DNA of 64,000 bases. Origin: the human T2T-CHM13v2.0 reference genome, Homo sapiens. Shown here piece after piece: positions 25,855 to 40,477 of the stretch. Where the stretch lies: assembly GCF_009914755.1 (NCBI RefSeq), contig NC_060926.1; one strand, 5' to 3'. Under the pieces are notes generated by a model. The model was not told where the DNA came from, ran no database searches, and worked only from the letters and a program-made list of their open reading frames with translations. Position 1 is the stretch's first letter. Each line of letters opens with the position of its first letter. Both the position numbers and the translations under genes were made by a program.

Positions 25855-26129
25855 GAGTGATTGCAAGTGTTGGTGTTGGGTGAGGGCAAGCTTTCTGGCT
25901 CATGGAGAGCATCTTCTCACAGTATGCTCACATGGCTCAAGGGGCAAAAGAACTCTTTAGGGCCCTCTTGTAAAAGAGCATTAATCATATTCGTGAAGCT
26001 TCCACCCTCCAGACCTAACCATCTCTCAAAGGCCCTGCTTAATACTATCACCTTGGGGGTTAGAATTCCAAAATTCATGTATTGAAATCATATAAATTTT
26101 GGAGGAACACAAACTTTCATACCATAGCA
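25855..26129 (-). mobile_element. MLT1A-like MaLR LTR, partial
   Basis: caaaggccc...taatactatcaccttgggggttag...ggaggaacacaaactttcataccatagca. Confidence 0.75.
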
Positions 26130-26271
26130 GATCCCATCAGAATTTTTGAGACAGTTCAAAGAATGCTATTTCCAGAAAAATTTTTAGTATCCCTCTTCAT
26201 TATAAGTTAAAAAAAATCACATTTACCATAGGTATCATGCCTGAGTGATTCATTTCCACAATGGCTTTTTA

Positions 26272-26613
<342 letters not shown>

Positions 26614-27494
26614 TCCACAATGGCTTTTTACCCTTTTCTGTTGATCAAAAACTTATTCTTACAACCAGAAATTTCATTAATCAGCCAATCAACTAATCAA
26701 TAAATTACCTGCTTCTGAGTATTTGCCAAAGTCATTTGTGTGATCTGTCATGCTGGATTTGGGTAGGATGAGGAGGTCTGTATTAGATGTTGTGTGCTGA
26801 TGTTAGAGGGAAGACGATGGACTAATGCCTGAAGCAGGATTCATTCTGCCTCTGATACAGAAATATCCATCTCCAATCAGTTGAATATTGACCACCTGCT
26901 TCACTTGTTTCATGGGTCTCTGGAGAAAATGTCAGGGATAGAGAGCTTATATGCTATTTTCTCCCACTTGCACTGGATACCACTGAACCTGAGGGGCTAT
27001 TTGGGTATCTAGACAACACTAAAATCTTGGGTGAAATACACAATGCTGTCTGTCAATTGCCTTTTTAAATTGAGGGAATAAGGGTAATCCATGAGTCTTC
27101 CAACATTTTGGCATTTATATTTCAGGGTTTGTATGACAAAGCAAACCCCAAGAAGATACATTCAATTTACAATCCTTACCAGCATTTTTAGAGTGCAATT
27201 ATATTTACTTTTTCCATGTAGTTCTTGTAATTTGGTGTCTCAAACTTTAGTGATGAGGACATAATAACTTGATACATTCCCAGTGCCTGATCTCAAAGTG
27301 AAAATGCAATAAATATTCTTAAGCACCTATTGCATGCATTGAATGATGCTATGTCTTGGGCTTACATAGTTAAAGAAGCTGAAGTTTTCTCTATCAAGTA
27401 ATTAAATGATTCATTGGATAAAGTTAGAAGATCTAGATCTATTCGCAAAGTTTATCTTCCGAGTTATTCTGCACAGGCTGACTTTATTATAAAG

Positions 27495-27660
27495 GCGACC
27501 TTTCACTTTCCAAGCCTTAGTTTCCTTGTCAATGAAATGAAGATAATAGTACCTCCTACCTTAATTAATTGTTGTTGGCTTTAATGATAATGTATATGTT
27601 ATGTATCAATTCGGCAACTTTCACATTATTGGAACCTGATTAATATCAGGTACTGTTACT
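27495..27660 (+). mobile_element. MIR
   Basis: agccttagtttccttgtcaatgaaatgaagataatagtacct core. Confidence 0.6.
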
Positions 27661-28669
27661 AGTAATCATGTTATTAGTAATATTATAGTGATCACAAATG
27701 CCATTTTGGTTTTTCAAAAGTATTTAGTAAGAAAAATGTTTCAAAAAAAGATATAAATTTAAAAATATAAAATTATCACCTCCCATAAAGAGAGTTATTT
27801 TGAGATTAAAAAAAAAAAAGTGCACAACATATTCCAGGAGGGTTAGCACAATGAACTCCTACCAGGTAAAATAGCTCCAATTTCCCGGAGCTTTCACACC
27901 TGTTTTTCACAATGGCAAAAAGATTAAGACAGCTCAATCTCTGAATGTGCCAAGTGCTTTTTACTTGGAGGCTGTGGAGCTGGAATGTCAGGAGTTGGGG
28001 TGAGGAGTAGTCCAGGAGCCAGGAACAAGTGAGTTCTCCAAAAGTACACACGTCTAAGTGTACCCAATGGCAAACCATTGCTTTCCTGAGCCACATTTTT
28101 AGGTTCTTTTCTATCCCACACTCCATCTTCCATATACAAATGCCTGAGAGACAGCACAAGGAAAGGAATGTCAAAATGCAGTGCCTTTACTCCTGGACAG
28201 AGTATCTGTCTAGATCTTCCAGTTTCCCTAGCCCGGAAGGCCAGAAAGTAATCCTAAAGATGCTGTCTTCTGTTTTATGAAGCCCAAATCCAGACCTGAG
28301 CCACCAGTCTCTGCTTCTTTACTACTTAGTCTTGCCCCAGCCTCTTCCTGTGTCAAAATGGCCTCCCAATATAGAGTTTCTATTTTCTCCCACCATGTGT
28401 CTACTTCAAATGATAATTCAAGAGCCTTTCAAGACCAATTGTGTATCTCAGAGGACATCGTTGGACTTCCAATAAGAAACCCATTGAACAGTGCTGGGAA
28501 CTACTTTTGGTACTCAATGAGTATATGGATGCATTAACACAAAAAATATGAAGGATTAAATTAAAACACGGCCTTATACCCTAATAGGAAGGTAAAACTG
28601 AGTTACTTAAGTTCTGTGTTTCTTCAATTACTTTTCTTTAAAACATACTACCCCTTCTCCTGATGAACC

Positions 28670-29130
28670 TATAGTTTTCTTGTTTCTGCTGGAGCAAATT
28701 ACCACCAAATTAGTGGCTTATAACAATATAAATATAGTCTCTTAGAGTTCCAGAAGTCACATGACTAATAGCAAAGCATCCTCAGGGCTGCCTTCTTTCT
28801 GTAGTCTCTAGGAGACAGTTCTTTTCCTTGTCTTTTCAAGCTTCTAGAGGTCACCTACAATCCTTGATTCTGGGTCTCTTCTTTCATCTCCAAAGAGCAT
28901 CATTCCAACTTCTAGTTTCATCATATCTTTTTCTGATGTTAACCATATGCCTCCCTCTCATAAAGACCCCTGTAAATTCACTGGGCTCACCAGGATTGTC
29001 CAGATGGTCTCTCAGTCTCAATATCCTTAACTTAATCATACCAGCAAAGACTTTTGGCCATAAAAGGTAAGATATTCGTAGGTTCCAGTAGGGTGTGGAG
29101 TCCTGCTGGAGTCTATTAGTTTACCTACCA
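28670..29130 (-). mobile_element. MLT1D-like MaLR solo LTR
   Basis: caaattaccaccaaattagtggctta, agcttctagagg, atccttaacttaatca, cctacca end. Confidence 0.8.
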
Positions 29131-31764
29131 AGGTCCTCTGTCTTATTAGAATTCTGTGAGAGTTACAAAAAATATAAGAATTAATGGTAATTGATTTTTT
29201 TTTATTTTGTACACCTATAACCAGAATGGATAAAAGATAAAACATAATTAACCTTTCTCCAACACATCTGAGATTGGAATATGGAAAGAAAAATATGGAT
29301 TTTGCTTCCAATATTCCCAATACTTTTTTCTCTTAGTCCACAGAAGTGTTTAGAAAATTCTACTTTTAGCCAAGTTGTACGTGTTTACTCTGTCCTTGGA
29401 GAATAAGCCCCTGCTTTGGGCTTTACAAGGTCACTGCCCCACTATATGTCTCTGATTCTTATGCATCCTCTGGGGTCCAGAAATGGGCAAATCAATCCAC
29501 TAAGAACTACATATCTAAGAGAGAATTAAGAAAAAATAAGAAGGTAAAAAAGGAGTTTTATCAGAAATGTTCTGTATTTTCTCTTGTATTGACTGTTGGG
29601 AGAAAATGTAAATAATATACTCCTTACCACTGAGTGAAGAAGGCTTGTTTATGCTTGACTCAGTGAACAATACATAATGGTTCAATAACAAATAATAAAT
29701 ATGATGCACAATTTTCATCTCAAATGGGAGGAAACTGTTAGAAATGGAAAAACTCATAAATTATGACTTGAAATACCTGGCCCTGGGCAAATCATTTAAC
29801 ACTTTTGAGTCTTGTGTTTTTCACTTGTAAATTAAAGTCATATTTTCCTTAACTTTCTTATATAGTCATTCTTCAAGTTGCCTAAGAAAGTAAAGAAAAC
29901 ATTTTGTAAATTATAGTAGTTTGGATACCATCTCCTTACTCATGACAGCATGAAATTTGGAGCAATATTCTTCCTTATTGGCCACTCTTGTGGGGTCTCT
30001 GAGGTGATCCTCCTGGATCTATTCCCTGGGCACATAGAAGCCATCACTTTGGTTTTTCTAGAACTGAAAAAAATACAACTTCTCTGAAATGAGTGTGTGA
30101 TTCTCAAATCGAATGCTCCTGCATCATGATTTTAATGTAGAATCAGCAGAGGATGGGAGAGGCTGGGTAGCAAAGCCATTTTAGCCCTTCGTTGGAGTGG
30201 TAGCTGCTTTCTTTCCTCTTTTTTTGCTTAGTCATCATCTCATGCTGGGGTATTTTGATAGGCAGAACATGACTTCCAATCTAACTTGGAAGCTCTCTTC
30301 CCAAACAATTTGCCATCCTTCTTCCCTTTCGAGAATACATGATAAACATTCAACATTGGCATGCCACGGCACAGGGTGGAGCTCTCTAATCTATGCCTAA
30401 TGAAAGCTTAGATTTACTCTACATATTCCATTTACTTACTTCATATTTGTTAGGAGTTATTAATTAATAACTCTATTTTCTGATCACCTTCTGGCAAAGT
30501 GTTAGAAGTTGGAGCAAGCTGTGTTTGTTCTTTGTTTCGAGTGTCTCTCAGAAAGAAGGGGTGACTATGAACACAACAGCCATGGCAAACTCACAACAGT
30601 TTTGGTTAGGTTAGACTGGGACCAAACTCCTTTGCCTTGAAAAGTCCAGCAGCTTGTAACATATGTAAGACTCTTGACTTCTATCTCTAGGGATGTCCCA
30701 GCCCTCCTTCCTTATTACCTACCATTCACCTAACAAATATTAAAAGAAGCATGCAATGATACTTATATTTTTGTTTCGGCATTGTCAGATCAAACAATTC
30801 TCCAGTAAAGAAATTTCTGTATCTCACTGTTAATAATAATTTTATTGGAAAAAGGGGCAATCTAAATGAGAAATAGCTGAAAATAACCACAGTATCAATA
30901 TTTCATTTATTTTTTTTAATAATTAAAGTTAAACTTTTAAGGTAGATTAATGAGTAGAAATAACACTGATCTGAAGCAGAAAGTATTTTCGTCTTGATTT
31001 AGCTAGTTATTACCATTGCAACATAACACTTGATATTTATAACAGTCTAACCTTCTCACTGGCTGATAATACATATGAAATTAAGTGCTATGTAAGTGCT
31101 TTGTAAACTTTAAAATAAAATACAAATATAAAAGACAATTATTAAAAGAGAGTGAAACATGCTGTATGATTGGTTTTCTCCCCGTCTTGTTCCCCTTCCC
31201 CAGTCAAGAAAATATTTCTGGACCTCACATTTCACATCCATAAAAAGATGCTTGTAGAAAGTGAAACTAAGGTCCTTTCCATTTCTAACATTAGATCATT
31301 CTAAGTGGGTTGGACATTTCATCCAAGAGATTTTAAGGGAACAAAGCACTTTCTTAGTCTAAGAACTTTTCAAAAGAGAACACTTTGAACCTTTCTTATG
31401 AGTCATTTCACAGTTGGGGGACACCTTCTAATTTTATTTCCAACCATCACCAATCAATCACTGAAGGAAGGAAAATAACTGGAGTTAGAACTTTTAAAAA
31501 TCCTTAACAATTCAGCCTAGCAGAAAATATCTCTAAGGTTTAGGGAAATCACTTATTTCCATAAGATTTGGAAATTCAGACTGTCCACTAAGTTGAGAGC
31601 ATTTAAGGGCAAATGCAACTGAACAATTTGCCAGAAAAGTATATAAATAAGATATCATAACTGCTTCCCTTAAGAGATCATAATCAGCCCTAATTATAGC
31701 AGAATTATCCTCATCCTTGTCCTAAGGCAACTTTAAAGAAGGCATAAGGCTTCCAAGAACGCAT

Positions 31765-31905
31765 TTAACAACACCTCCATTAATGTTATAGATAAGGAAT
31801 AAGATTTAGAAAGATGAAGTGACTTATCCAAGGTCATACAGCAATTCAGCAAATGGAACAAAATTAGATACCAGTTATAACTCCAATTCTAGTACTGTTT
31901 TCCTA
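31765..31905 (-). mobile_element. MIR
   Basis: aagtgacttatccaaggtcatacagc core. Confidence 0.65.
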
Positions 31906-33629
31906 TATAACATCTTTAATGGGAAATTGCATTTCTGGAAGATTCATATTCCCCATGCCTCAGAAATTGAATAGTAGCCAAAACCCCACATCTTAGAGTT
32001 TCCTGAGCAGCGGGTTTTGAATAGTCTGACTTGATTAAAAATGCTTTGGTGATATCTCTTCTCATGATGTGAATTTGGGGTAATTATAAATTATAGTTCA
32101 TTGATTGATAGATCTCTTGTGTATACTGCAGAATTACAGAGAGCAGCTGCCTTCTAACCTTAGACTTTGGCTCTCCCACTGAACAACCCGGAGATCTTAT
32201 ATAAATTAGAAACTGTCATTTCCAGTTCTCATATCAAGCTAGTTATACTTGATATTGAAAGTGCAAATATTAGAAGGGACCCCAGAACTTTCTATCAGTT
32301 TTCTCACTCATGAGTCCCTACCCAACTCCTTCAAATCCTGTGATAATGATGTTGACACAAGTTATCGGACCTCAATGATTCTTAAGAGGCTCAATTCAGG
32401 ATGCTGCTCAGTTCCTAACACTCTTCACTACTTTAGGAATGAGTTGTAGTGAAATAATGACCTCTACTTATGACTTCCCATAGTCTATTTTTCAGAATAT
32501 CAGACCTGGAAAAAGAAATTTCTACTGTACCAAGGGGCATCAACCTTGTTATAACCAAGCAACTCTCTTTTAGTTTTGCGGAGAATTTTACATACGACTT
32601 TTAGAAACCAAATGTCTACCAAAAAAACTGCATTTATTCTATAATGGTTGACTCTTTTTAATTTCCATTTGTTATTGGGCAAATAAATATATAACAGCAA
32701 TCAGCATGCTCTTGCCATTTGTAACCATTTCAGCCAACTTAACATTCCAGTAAATTTGTGTAATTTCATTGAGAGGTAATGCATAATATCCATCTTAGTA
32801 TTAGACATATTGAAAAGTTGAATAGGGCTTCTCATATTACTATTAGCAAGTCTGAAGAATTCCTGCTAAAACTAGGAATTATGTCCCTACATCTCCTAGA
32901 GTTGAGAAAGTCGACTATGTTCTGATACTTCACGGAAAGACCTAAGTAGATAACTGGAATATATTCAGAATAAAAGAAAAAAAATTAAACACCAGGAAGA
33001 AACTGAGATATTCAGGTTTTACTCATTTTTAATTAGACTATACACTTTCAGGTGAAACACAGTTTCTTGGTTACATTTTGTGGGGGTGTTAATGCATTCT
33101 TAACTTATGATGAGTCAATAGTATATTTTAGGAAAATGTTGAAATTGTCTCCAGTAAAACTTGGGAACTTGGAGAACCCTGCGGTTTGAAGAGTCTTCTT
33201 TTAGAACTCCTGCCTCTAACCATATGGGTTGCTGAGTAATATATATTTTTATGAAGACAGCACATACTATATAACCATTTCAATTCTGGTAAAAATGAAG
33301 TGACTAACTCTTCACAGTCATACATAAGCAGCATTTAAAAGTCCTGTGCTCGCTCTGAGGGGCTTAGTTCTGCAACTCCAGGAAGCCCCTCAACATCTTC
33401 AGGACAGTTTCTCCATCTATCAAGTGAAAAGTTGAACTAAATTCATTTGAACACTTTAGGAAATCTGTACAGTCCTTTGCAGATCTAATGTTTTCAGAGT
33501 CACAGGTCTATATATTTTGTCCTCCAAATTTGGTTTTTCAGACATCACAATTCTTGCTTTCTGGAGCTGAAAATCATTTGACAAGCAAATATTATCAGTT
33601 ATACAGTGTTTCACTTTATTTCATGTGTT

Positions 33630-34450
33630 TATGTATTCATTCCTTCACTCAATCATTCAACAACGTTTTATTAAAAACCTACTCTTTGCCAGGTACAGAG
33701 CTAGAAATTACAGACAAAGGAATTGTAAAGTCACAGATGCTGTCTTCAAGTAGCTTAGGAATAGTAGTTATTAACTCAAGTAATCAGGTAATTACAGTGG
33801 AATGTGTTAAGAGCCCTAACAGAAAGTCACTGGTGCAGGTGATCTACATGGTAGACACACTTACAGCAGGAAGGAAATCCCAGGAAAAAAAAAAGTGAGT
33901 CTCAAAGATGAATACCAGTTAGTTAGATGAAGAAGGGATATGTGTCATGGACACAGCCATACAGATATTGAAGGAAATGGTGAGAAGTTTACTGAAGTTG
34001 AAGGGTAAGGTGTGTGATGGGCAGGAGGGAAGTATTGGCTGAATACAGAGCTAAGGAATCAGACAAGGCATCTTGGGGTTAGAAGTGACTTTGACTTCCA
34101 GCTTAAATCAGAGGAATTCCAGCTTAAAGCTGAGGAATCAGACATGGCATCTTGGGGTTAGAAGTGAATTTGGCTTCCAGCCTAAATGTAATGAGGAATC
34201 ATTAGAAATTTTAAGTGCATAGTGGGCTGACATGTCATATTTGTATACTGAACAGATCACTTGGGCTGCAAAAGAAAGGTAAAAAAAAAAGGGAGGAAAG
34301 AAGGAGAAGGGAAAGAGTGGTTGACAGCAGAGAAATTCATTATAAAGCTTTTGCTGAAATTCAAGAGAACGATTGAATTTAACAGCTGCAGGAAAAAATA
34401 AAGCCTTGAAATTTGAGATATATTAAAGGAAAATAATGGATAGAACACAA
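33630..34450 (-). mobile_element. L2 3' region
   Basis: cattcaacaacgttttattaaaaacctactctttgccagg terminus; cagatcacttgggctgc. Confidence 0.65.
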
Positions 34451-35260
34451 GGACACTAAAGGGTGAATGTTACAGTTAAACTCTTTGGATCTAAAACCTA
34501 GTCTCAAATCACCTTATAAATTAGAGCAAATATAATTGACCACATATTAAGCTTGTAGATATCCACAGCTGCACTTTGCATCTTTCTCTGTGGTCCTTCT
34601 ACTGAGTTTTTAATGATTGGGAAAAAGCAGCATGACAAAAATCGTTTACTGAATGAAAATATTCCCAATCCCCATTAGACAGTATGTAATGAAATGTTCC
34701 AAATGGAGGATTACAAGGAAAAAACATAAATGACCGTAAGTCCAAGGGGAATCAACTCTTCTTTCCAGATTATAGTCAACTTTAATAAAGAAACTTAATA
34801 AGCTCATGCATTCCTGCCAGCTTTAGACATGGCTACTGCTGATCAATAGTATTTATTTCTAGAGAGAAAGGGGGCTAGGGAGGATGTCAGAGCAGCTTGT
34901 TGATGCTAAAACATGCGAGTAATGACACAGTGTGGTGGATAATGAAGATTTGATAGAGGAAACAGCCCAGCAAGCCTGTCTTTGGCTCGGAATATCAAAC
35001 TGTGTGCCTCTCCTCCAGATCTTATTAACACCTCTTATTCTAACAACTGGGTTTTGAGCTTCATGTCATCTCAAAGGAAAACTAAAAAGAGAAAGCTGTT
35101 TATTTTTCCCTGGGTTTATGATTCTAAATAAAACCTAAAGCTTTGAATTTGGAAATGAAAGTTTTTTCTGAGATACATTTCACCTAACAGGAGGATGAAC
35201 TTACAGATAATCAGAGTTGTCTCTCAATAACACAATCTGTCTTGAGAGAGAGAGACTGAT

Positions 35261-35625
35261 TTTCTTTTCTTTTTTTTAAATTTGACTTAATAAGTTCTGG
35301 GATACATATGCAAAACATGCAGGTTTGTTGCATAGGTATACACGTGCTATGGTGGTTTGCTGCACCTATCAACCTGTCATCTACGTTGTAAGCCCCACAT
35401 ACATTAAGCATCTGTCCTAATGCTCTCCCTTCCCTTGCCCCCCAACCCCAGCAGACCCCAGTGTGTGATGTTCCCCTCCCTGTGTCCATGTGTTCTCATT
35501 GTTTAACCCCCACTTATGAGTGAGAACATGTGGTATTCAGTTTTCTGTTCCTGTGTTAGTTTGCTGAGAATGATGTTTTCCACCTTCATCCATGTCCGTA
35601 CAAAGGACATGAACTCATTCATTTT
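35261..35625 (-). mobile_element. L1PA8-like 3' end (5'-truncated)
   Basis: catgcaggtttgttgcataggtata, cccacttatgagtgagaacatg, aaaggacatgaactcattc. Confidence 0.9.
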
Positions 35626-36779
35626 GAAGAAATTTCTAAGTGAAAAAGAATTCAAGTTCCAGCATTATCGCTTACTACTTTTGTACCTTCAAAGCAGAAA
35701 CTTAATCTGAGTTTGTCTTTTCATCTCTATAAAGAAAATGTTGATACTGCTTCCCACTTTGTTGTGAGTCTTAATGAAATGTTGCAAACTAAAATGTTTT
35801 GTAAATTGTTATGACTCATGCACAAGTAAAGAGTTATTGTTTCTACAGCTTGTATATGAAAAAAAAAATTTTTTTAAAGTCATTGGGATTCTCACAATCA
35901 AGCTACCAATTAAATTCCCAAGGGAGCAATGCCTTTGAAATGTGGACAATATTTTTCTTATACAGAGCCATGTTCCATAGTAGTCTCAAGAATGCAGTAG
36001 AGAAAGAAAATATAGGAAAGAAAAACGGGCATTGCTACTTTTTCTTTACCTTTCTGAAGATTTCTGAAAAAAAAATCTAGAGATAAAGAATCACAGTAAA
36101 AGGGAATTCTGGTTATAGATACTAGTAAAATAAAAGAGAGAAATGTCATAACCCAGGTAAATCAACATACTGGAGGAATCCAGTCTAAAACTAGAAGTAA
36201 CCTTAATGTCATTCCCTTATTTTCACAATTAGACTTTAAGATACTAGTAAAGTGTTTCTAGTGGCAAAGGCTAGAGAAGAAAGGTCTAAGATAAAATAAA
36301 TTATCTAAGGCAAGGTAGAGTGAGGAAATTTTATGGCTGATGATCAGAAAAAGTGTTATTGTACAAATAGAGAAAAACTTCAAATAACCAGAAATTTCAA
36401 TCAGCCAGAAATTATTTTACTTCACAATATATTTATGTAGAGATATTAGCAATAAAAGAGAATATACCAGATTACAGTCTGGGTCTCATGTCACCCTCAT
36501 TCCAGGTTTCTAAATCTTCTATAGAACTGAAGCAATTGTATTTTTTTCATGAAGTCTTTCTTGATGCCAGAAATTGTTTTCTTCTCTTGTCTCAGAGACA
36601 TGATTCATTGTTTCATCCCTCTCTAATGATCTGTATTCAATCCTGCCTATCTCTTTAAGTATGTGTACATTTCATTCATTTGGTCATTGACTCAAAACAT
36701 TTTACCACACATATTCTATTATATCTTAGAATATCCCTATACCATATTGAGGCATAGAGAGGATATATTGCTTAGGAGA

Positions 36780-38190
36780 AGATTAAGGTATTTGTTCAAC
36801 CAATATTAGAGGTGTACTGAGAGACACATAGGTTGTGGTAGAGAAACAAGGTCAATTCTATTTAGGGTGATAAGAGATCATAAAATGTTATACAAAAAAA
36901 GGTGGTATATGAGAGATACAAGGTATCTTAAAAGCTAAGTGTTAGTCAAGGAAGTTTGTATAGAGGTAGAAAACTTCTTGGAGAAGGAAAAAACAATGGA
37001 ATTACTTCAGGCATTGAATGAGAAACATCTATGTGATTAGAAACTGCAAGAAATTAGATGGTGACTGATAAAAGAGAAAAGGCTGAAAACAAGGATTATG
37101 ACATATAATGGGGATTTTGAACGTCATGTTTAAGAATTTAGGGTTTAAAAATGACAGACATGAGTGGAGTCCACCAGGAAGGTGATCTGATTTGTATTGT
37201 GAACATGGCAACCTACACCAAATGGATTGGAAGGAGAGCAAAACGAGTGCATGTGTGTATGTGCCTGTGTATGAAAGAGGGAGAGATTGAGGAGAAACGA
37301 GAGAGATAGGAAGCAATGAACCAGTTAACAGGTTATTGTAATACAGGTAAGAGCAAGAGCTAAAAGTCATATCTATGCATGAGTTGTGAATAGAAACTAC
37401 AGGGCTAGGTAACAGATTGGATTGATTATAGAAGAGCATATGAGAGAAGAAGGGTGCCAGGATGACTCCAAAACCTCCAGTGAGGTAGCTGCCTGGTTCT
37501 TGGTGGCAGTCACCACAGGCAGGAAATGCAGAAAGAAGAGCAGACATTCCTTCTACCTGTGCAGATCTTATGTGCTATGAAGCTCTCAAATGGAGCAATC
37601 TCTCAGGCAGCTGGATGTTGAGGTCTGGTGCTCAGGGAGTTTGGGCTGAGAAAACAGATTTGCAAATCATCAGCATTTGGCTGAATTTCAAGTTATAAAA
37701 GAGGCTCTATGAGGAGGCTGAAGGGTAAGACAAATGCCAAGACAGACTTCAATGTAAAGTATCAGAGTAAAAAAGAAGACCGGGCAAAGGAGCCATAACC
37801 AATGTCAGAGACAGGAGGAGAATCAGAAGAGATACACGAAACATGGAAGAATGAATCAAAAAGAGTTGCAAATGGAGTCAAGTTCATCAAAGAGGAGCTT
37901 AGAAAAGGACGAAAAAGTGCTCTACGGATTTGGCAATTACAAAGCCCCCGATGGTATCGAATGAGGGTGTTCTGGAGGAGGGAGAGCCAAATGCAGATGA
38001 GTAAACACTGGATCCACATTCAGGGTATGGAGACCAGGGTTTGATGAAGGAGCTTGTATGTAAAGGGGAGAGATGAAATGGCATCTCACAGGGAATGGAA
38101 TGTTAAATAAAGGATATTTTAAGAGACATTTGTGATGTTCCCAGTCCACAAATAAGAAGCCAGCTGACTGACAGTGTTTAAAATAAAGGA
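36780..38190 (-). mobile_element. L2 long antisense fragment
   Basis: caggatgactcca, aggcagctggat...ctggtgctcagg, gggctgaga...agatttg...atcatcagcat. Confidence 0.65.
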
Positions 38191-39456
38191 AAGAAATGTC
38201 AGAACCAAGGTAAATCAACATTCCAGAGGAACCCAGTCTAAAAGTAGAAGTAGTCTTAAACAGAGTCATTGCCTTATTGTCGCAAGTAGATTTTAAGATT
38301 TCTGAAATTTAACTCTTTTTACCTTCAGTCACCAGAAACACTTCTTAGTATTCAGAAAACATATGTCACATTTGATGAAAATTATACTAAAATCAGTATA
38401 AATGACACTCAGATATTTAAATCAATAGAGAATTTGTATGTTCTTGTTACTTTATTGAATGGTGTGAAGAAATATGCCCACAATTTTTAGAAAGCCCCAT
38501 TTTCACATCAGTTTATTTAATGGCTGCTGTATTGTAATTATAGTAGCCACTGCAATTACATAATTGTAAGTGTTGCCTACAGATAAAATTGTATAATGGG
38601 CCAAATACACCCTTGGAACGAAATCCTACATATGTGAAAGGCACCTGAGTAAAAGGCCATACAGCTGACAATTCACACATATGCCTTCATAGTCACTTGT
38701 ATTTAAGAACAGTTGTTATTTTATTTCACTTAAAAAGTTGAAAAAAACTATCTGCCTCCAAACTGACATGTTCTGAAAGTGAAACGTGATACTTGAATAA
38801 AAGAAAAAGGCTACTTCATTAGCTCATTAGGGGAGCTTTTATTAGTTGTTTTGTTTGTTTGTTTGTTTCTTTTCAGTTTTCCTTTTTTTCCCTATGCTTC
38901 AGTAAATTACTGGGTTAACTCTTTGAGTGTATATAATGGCTCATTTACTCTCCCAGGATGCAGTATTATCAAGGGCAGGAATCTGGCTGAAACGGTGACA
39001 TTAGAGACTGATGGCATAAAGTAGGTGTTGTGCAAATTCAGGAATTCTGAACATAAGTCACCTGAGAAACAAAGAAGGTAATTGAGAAGTCAAGGAAAGG
39101 CATCTAGATATTGAAAGGAGCCAACACTGCAGAAATATCAAACGTAAATAAATTTCTTTCTCCCCATGTGAGCTTGGCCAGAATATCTTCTCTTCTAAGT
39201 CTATGTAGAAAAATAATTGAATCTATAACATATTCAGTTGAATATTACATATAACGAATATATAATAATTTAATATATAAATGAATATATGAATCATTGA
39301 ATATATAAATAAGTAAATATATAAAGGACTATATATATCATATCTGTGTTTTTATTATCAGACTAAATTTATATGGCACTTTATTTAATGTAGATCAGTA
39401 CAGGCCACTTAAAGTTCTAACATATATCAACAATGCATTTCCTCCAGATCTATATA

Positions 39457-39740
39457 CTCTAACAGACTGAATTGTGCATCCACCCCACCCCCAGTCTCTA
39501 CGTTGAAATCCTAACACCCTAATGTGACTGTATTTGGTAATAGGGCCCTGAAGGCGGTAATTAAAGTTAAGTCACAAGGGTGGGACCCTAATCCAATAGG
39601 ACTGGTGTCCCTATAAAAAGATGAAGAGATACCAGAGGACTTGCTTGTGTTCTCTCTCACTTTCTCTCTCTCATTCTAGGAATGCATAGAAAAAAGGTTA
39701 TGCAAAAACACAGAGAAAATGGCCATAGACAAGTTGGAAA
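39457..39740 (+). mobile_element. MLT1A-like LTR, 3'-truncated
   Basis: gttgaaatcctaac, aatgtgactgtatttgg, ccctaatccaataggactggtgtcc. Confidence 0.8.
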
Positions 39741-40477
39741 GTTGATGGAGTGGGATGCATTGTGATTCCAAACAAAAATGCATGACAATGGGCAGGAATG
39801 TATAGTGCTCTAGCAGGGAAGTGGAGAAGGAGCTAACTGTAAATGGCAACATAACCTGCCCCAAAGTTCTTACAAGGATTGCCAGACATAACACTTTCTC
39901 ATGTTACATTCTTGTTACTATTTTAGTAAGAGCTCAGATCAGATACTATCCCTTCTTAGGAGCCCTTCATGACACATCTCTACCTACCCAGGACCCCTAA
40001 AATGGTGAGTTACTCCCCGCTATAATAAAGTTTTTCATTCATACATGCTGCTTTGCAGTTCTCTTCTGTTCATGTTTTTTTCTCTTCCTTGATTTTCAGC
40101 TTCAATATTCAATGACTGCCGTATTGTTTTTCTGGATGTTTAAAACTTTAAAAAGATTATAGGTGACACCAAAGGGAAATTATTTTACTCGTTTTAACAT
40201 TTATTCTCCAAACACTCATGGCTCCACCAATAATGCTATGAGGCTTCACGTGACCTGAGAGGATGTGGCTGAAGTAAAATAAATGTTCTGGAATACACAG
40301 GGTACGGGAAATTCCCAGAAAGGTTATTGGTCAAAGCCTTCTGATAGGCTTTTTCTTAAAACCAGGTTCAAATAAGTAATATCTAGGGATTTGACAATTT
40401 ACTTGATAAATACAGCTTAGACCTAGAGATTCTGGAGTTAAAAAGCTGTAAGGTAGCTGGGGTATCATTCTCAATTC

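Noticed and set aside
33346-33354. gtgctcgct resembling the U6 snRNA 5' end
   Set aside because: Only 9 bp match; the following sequence is not U6
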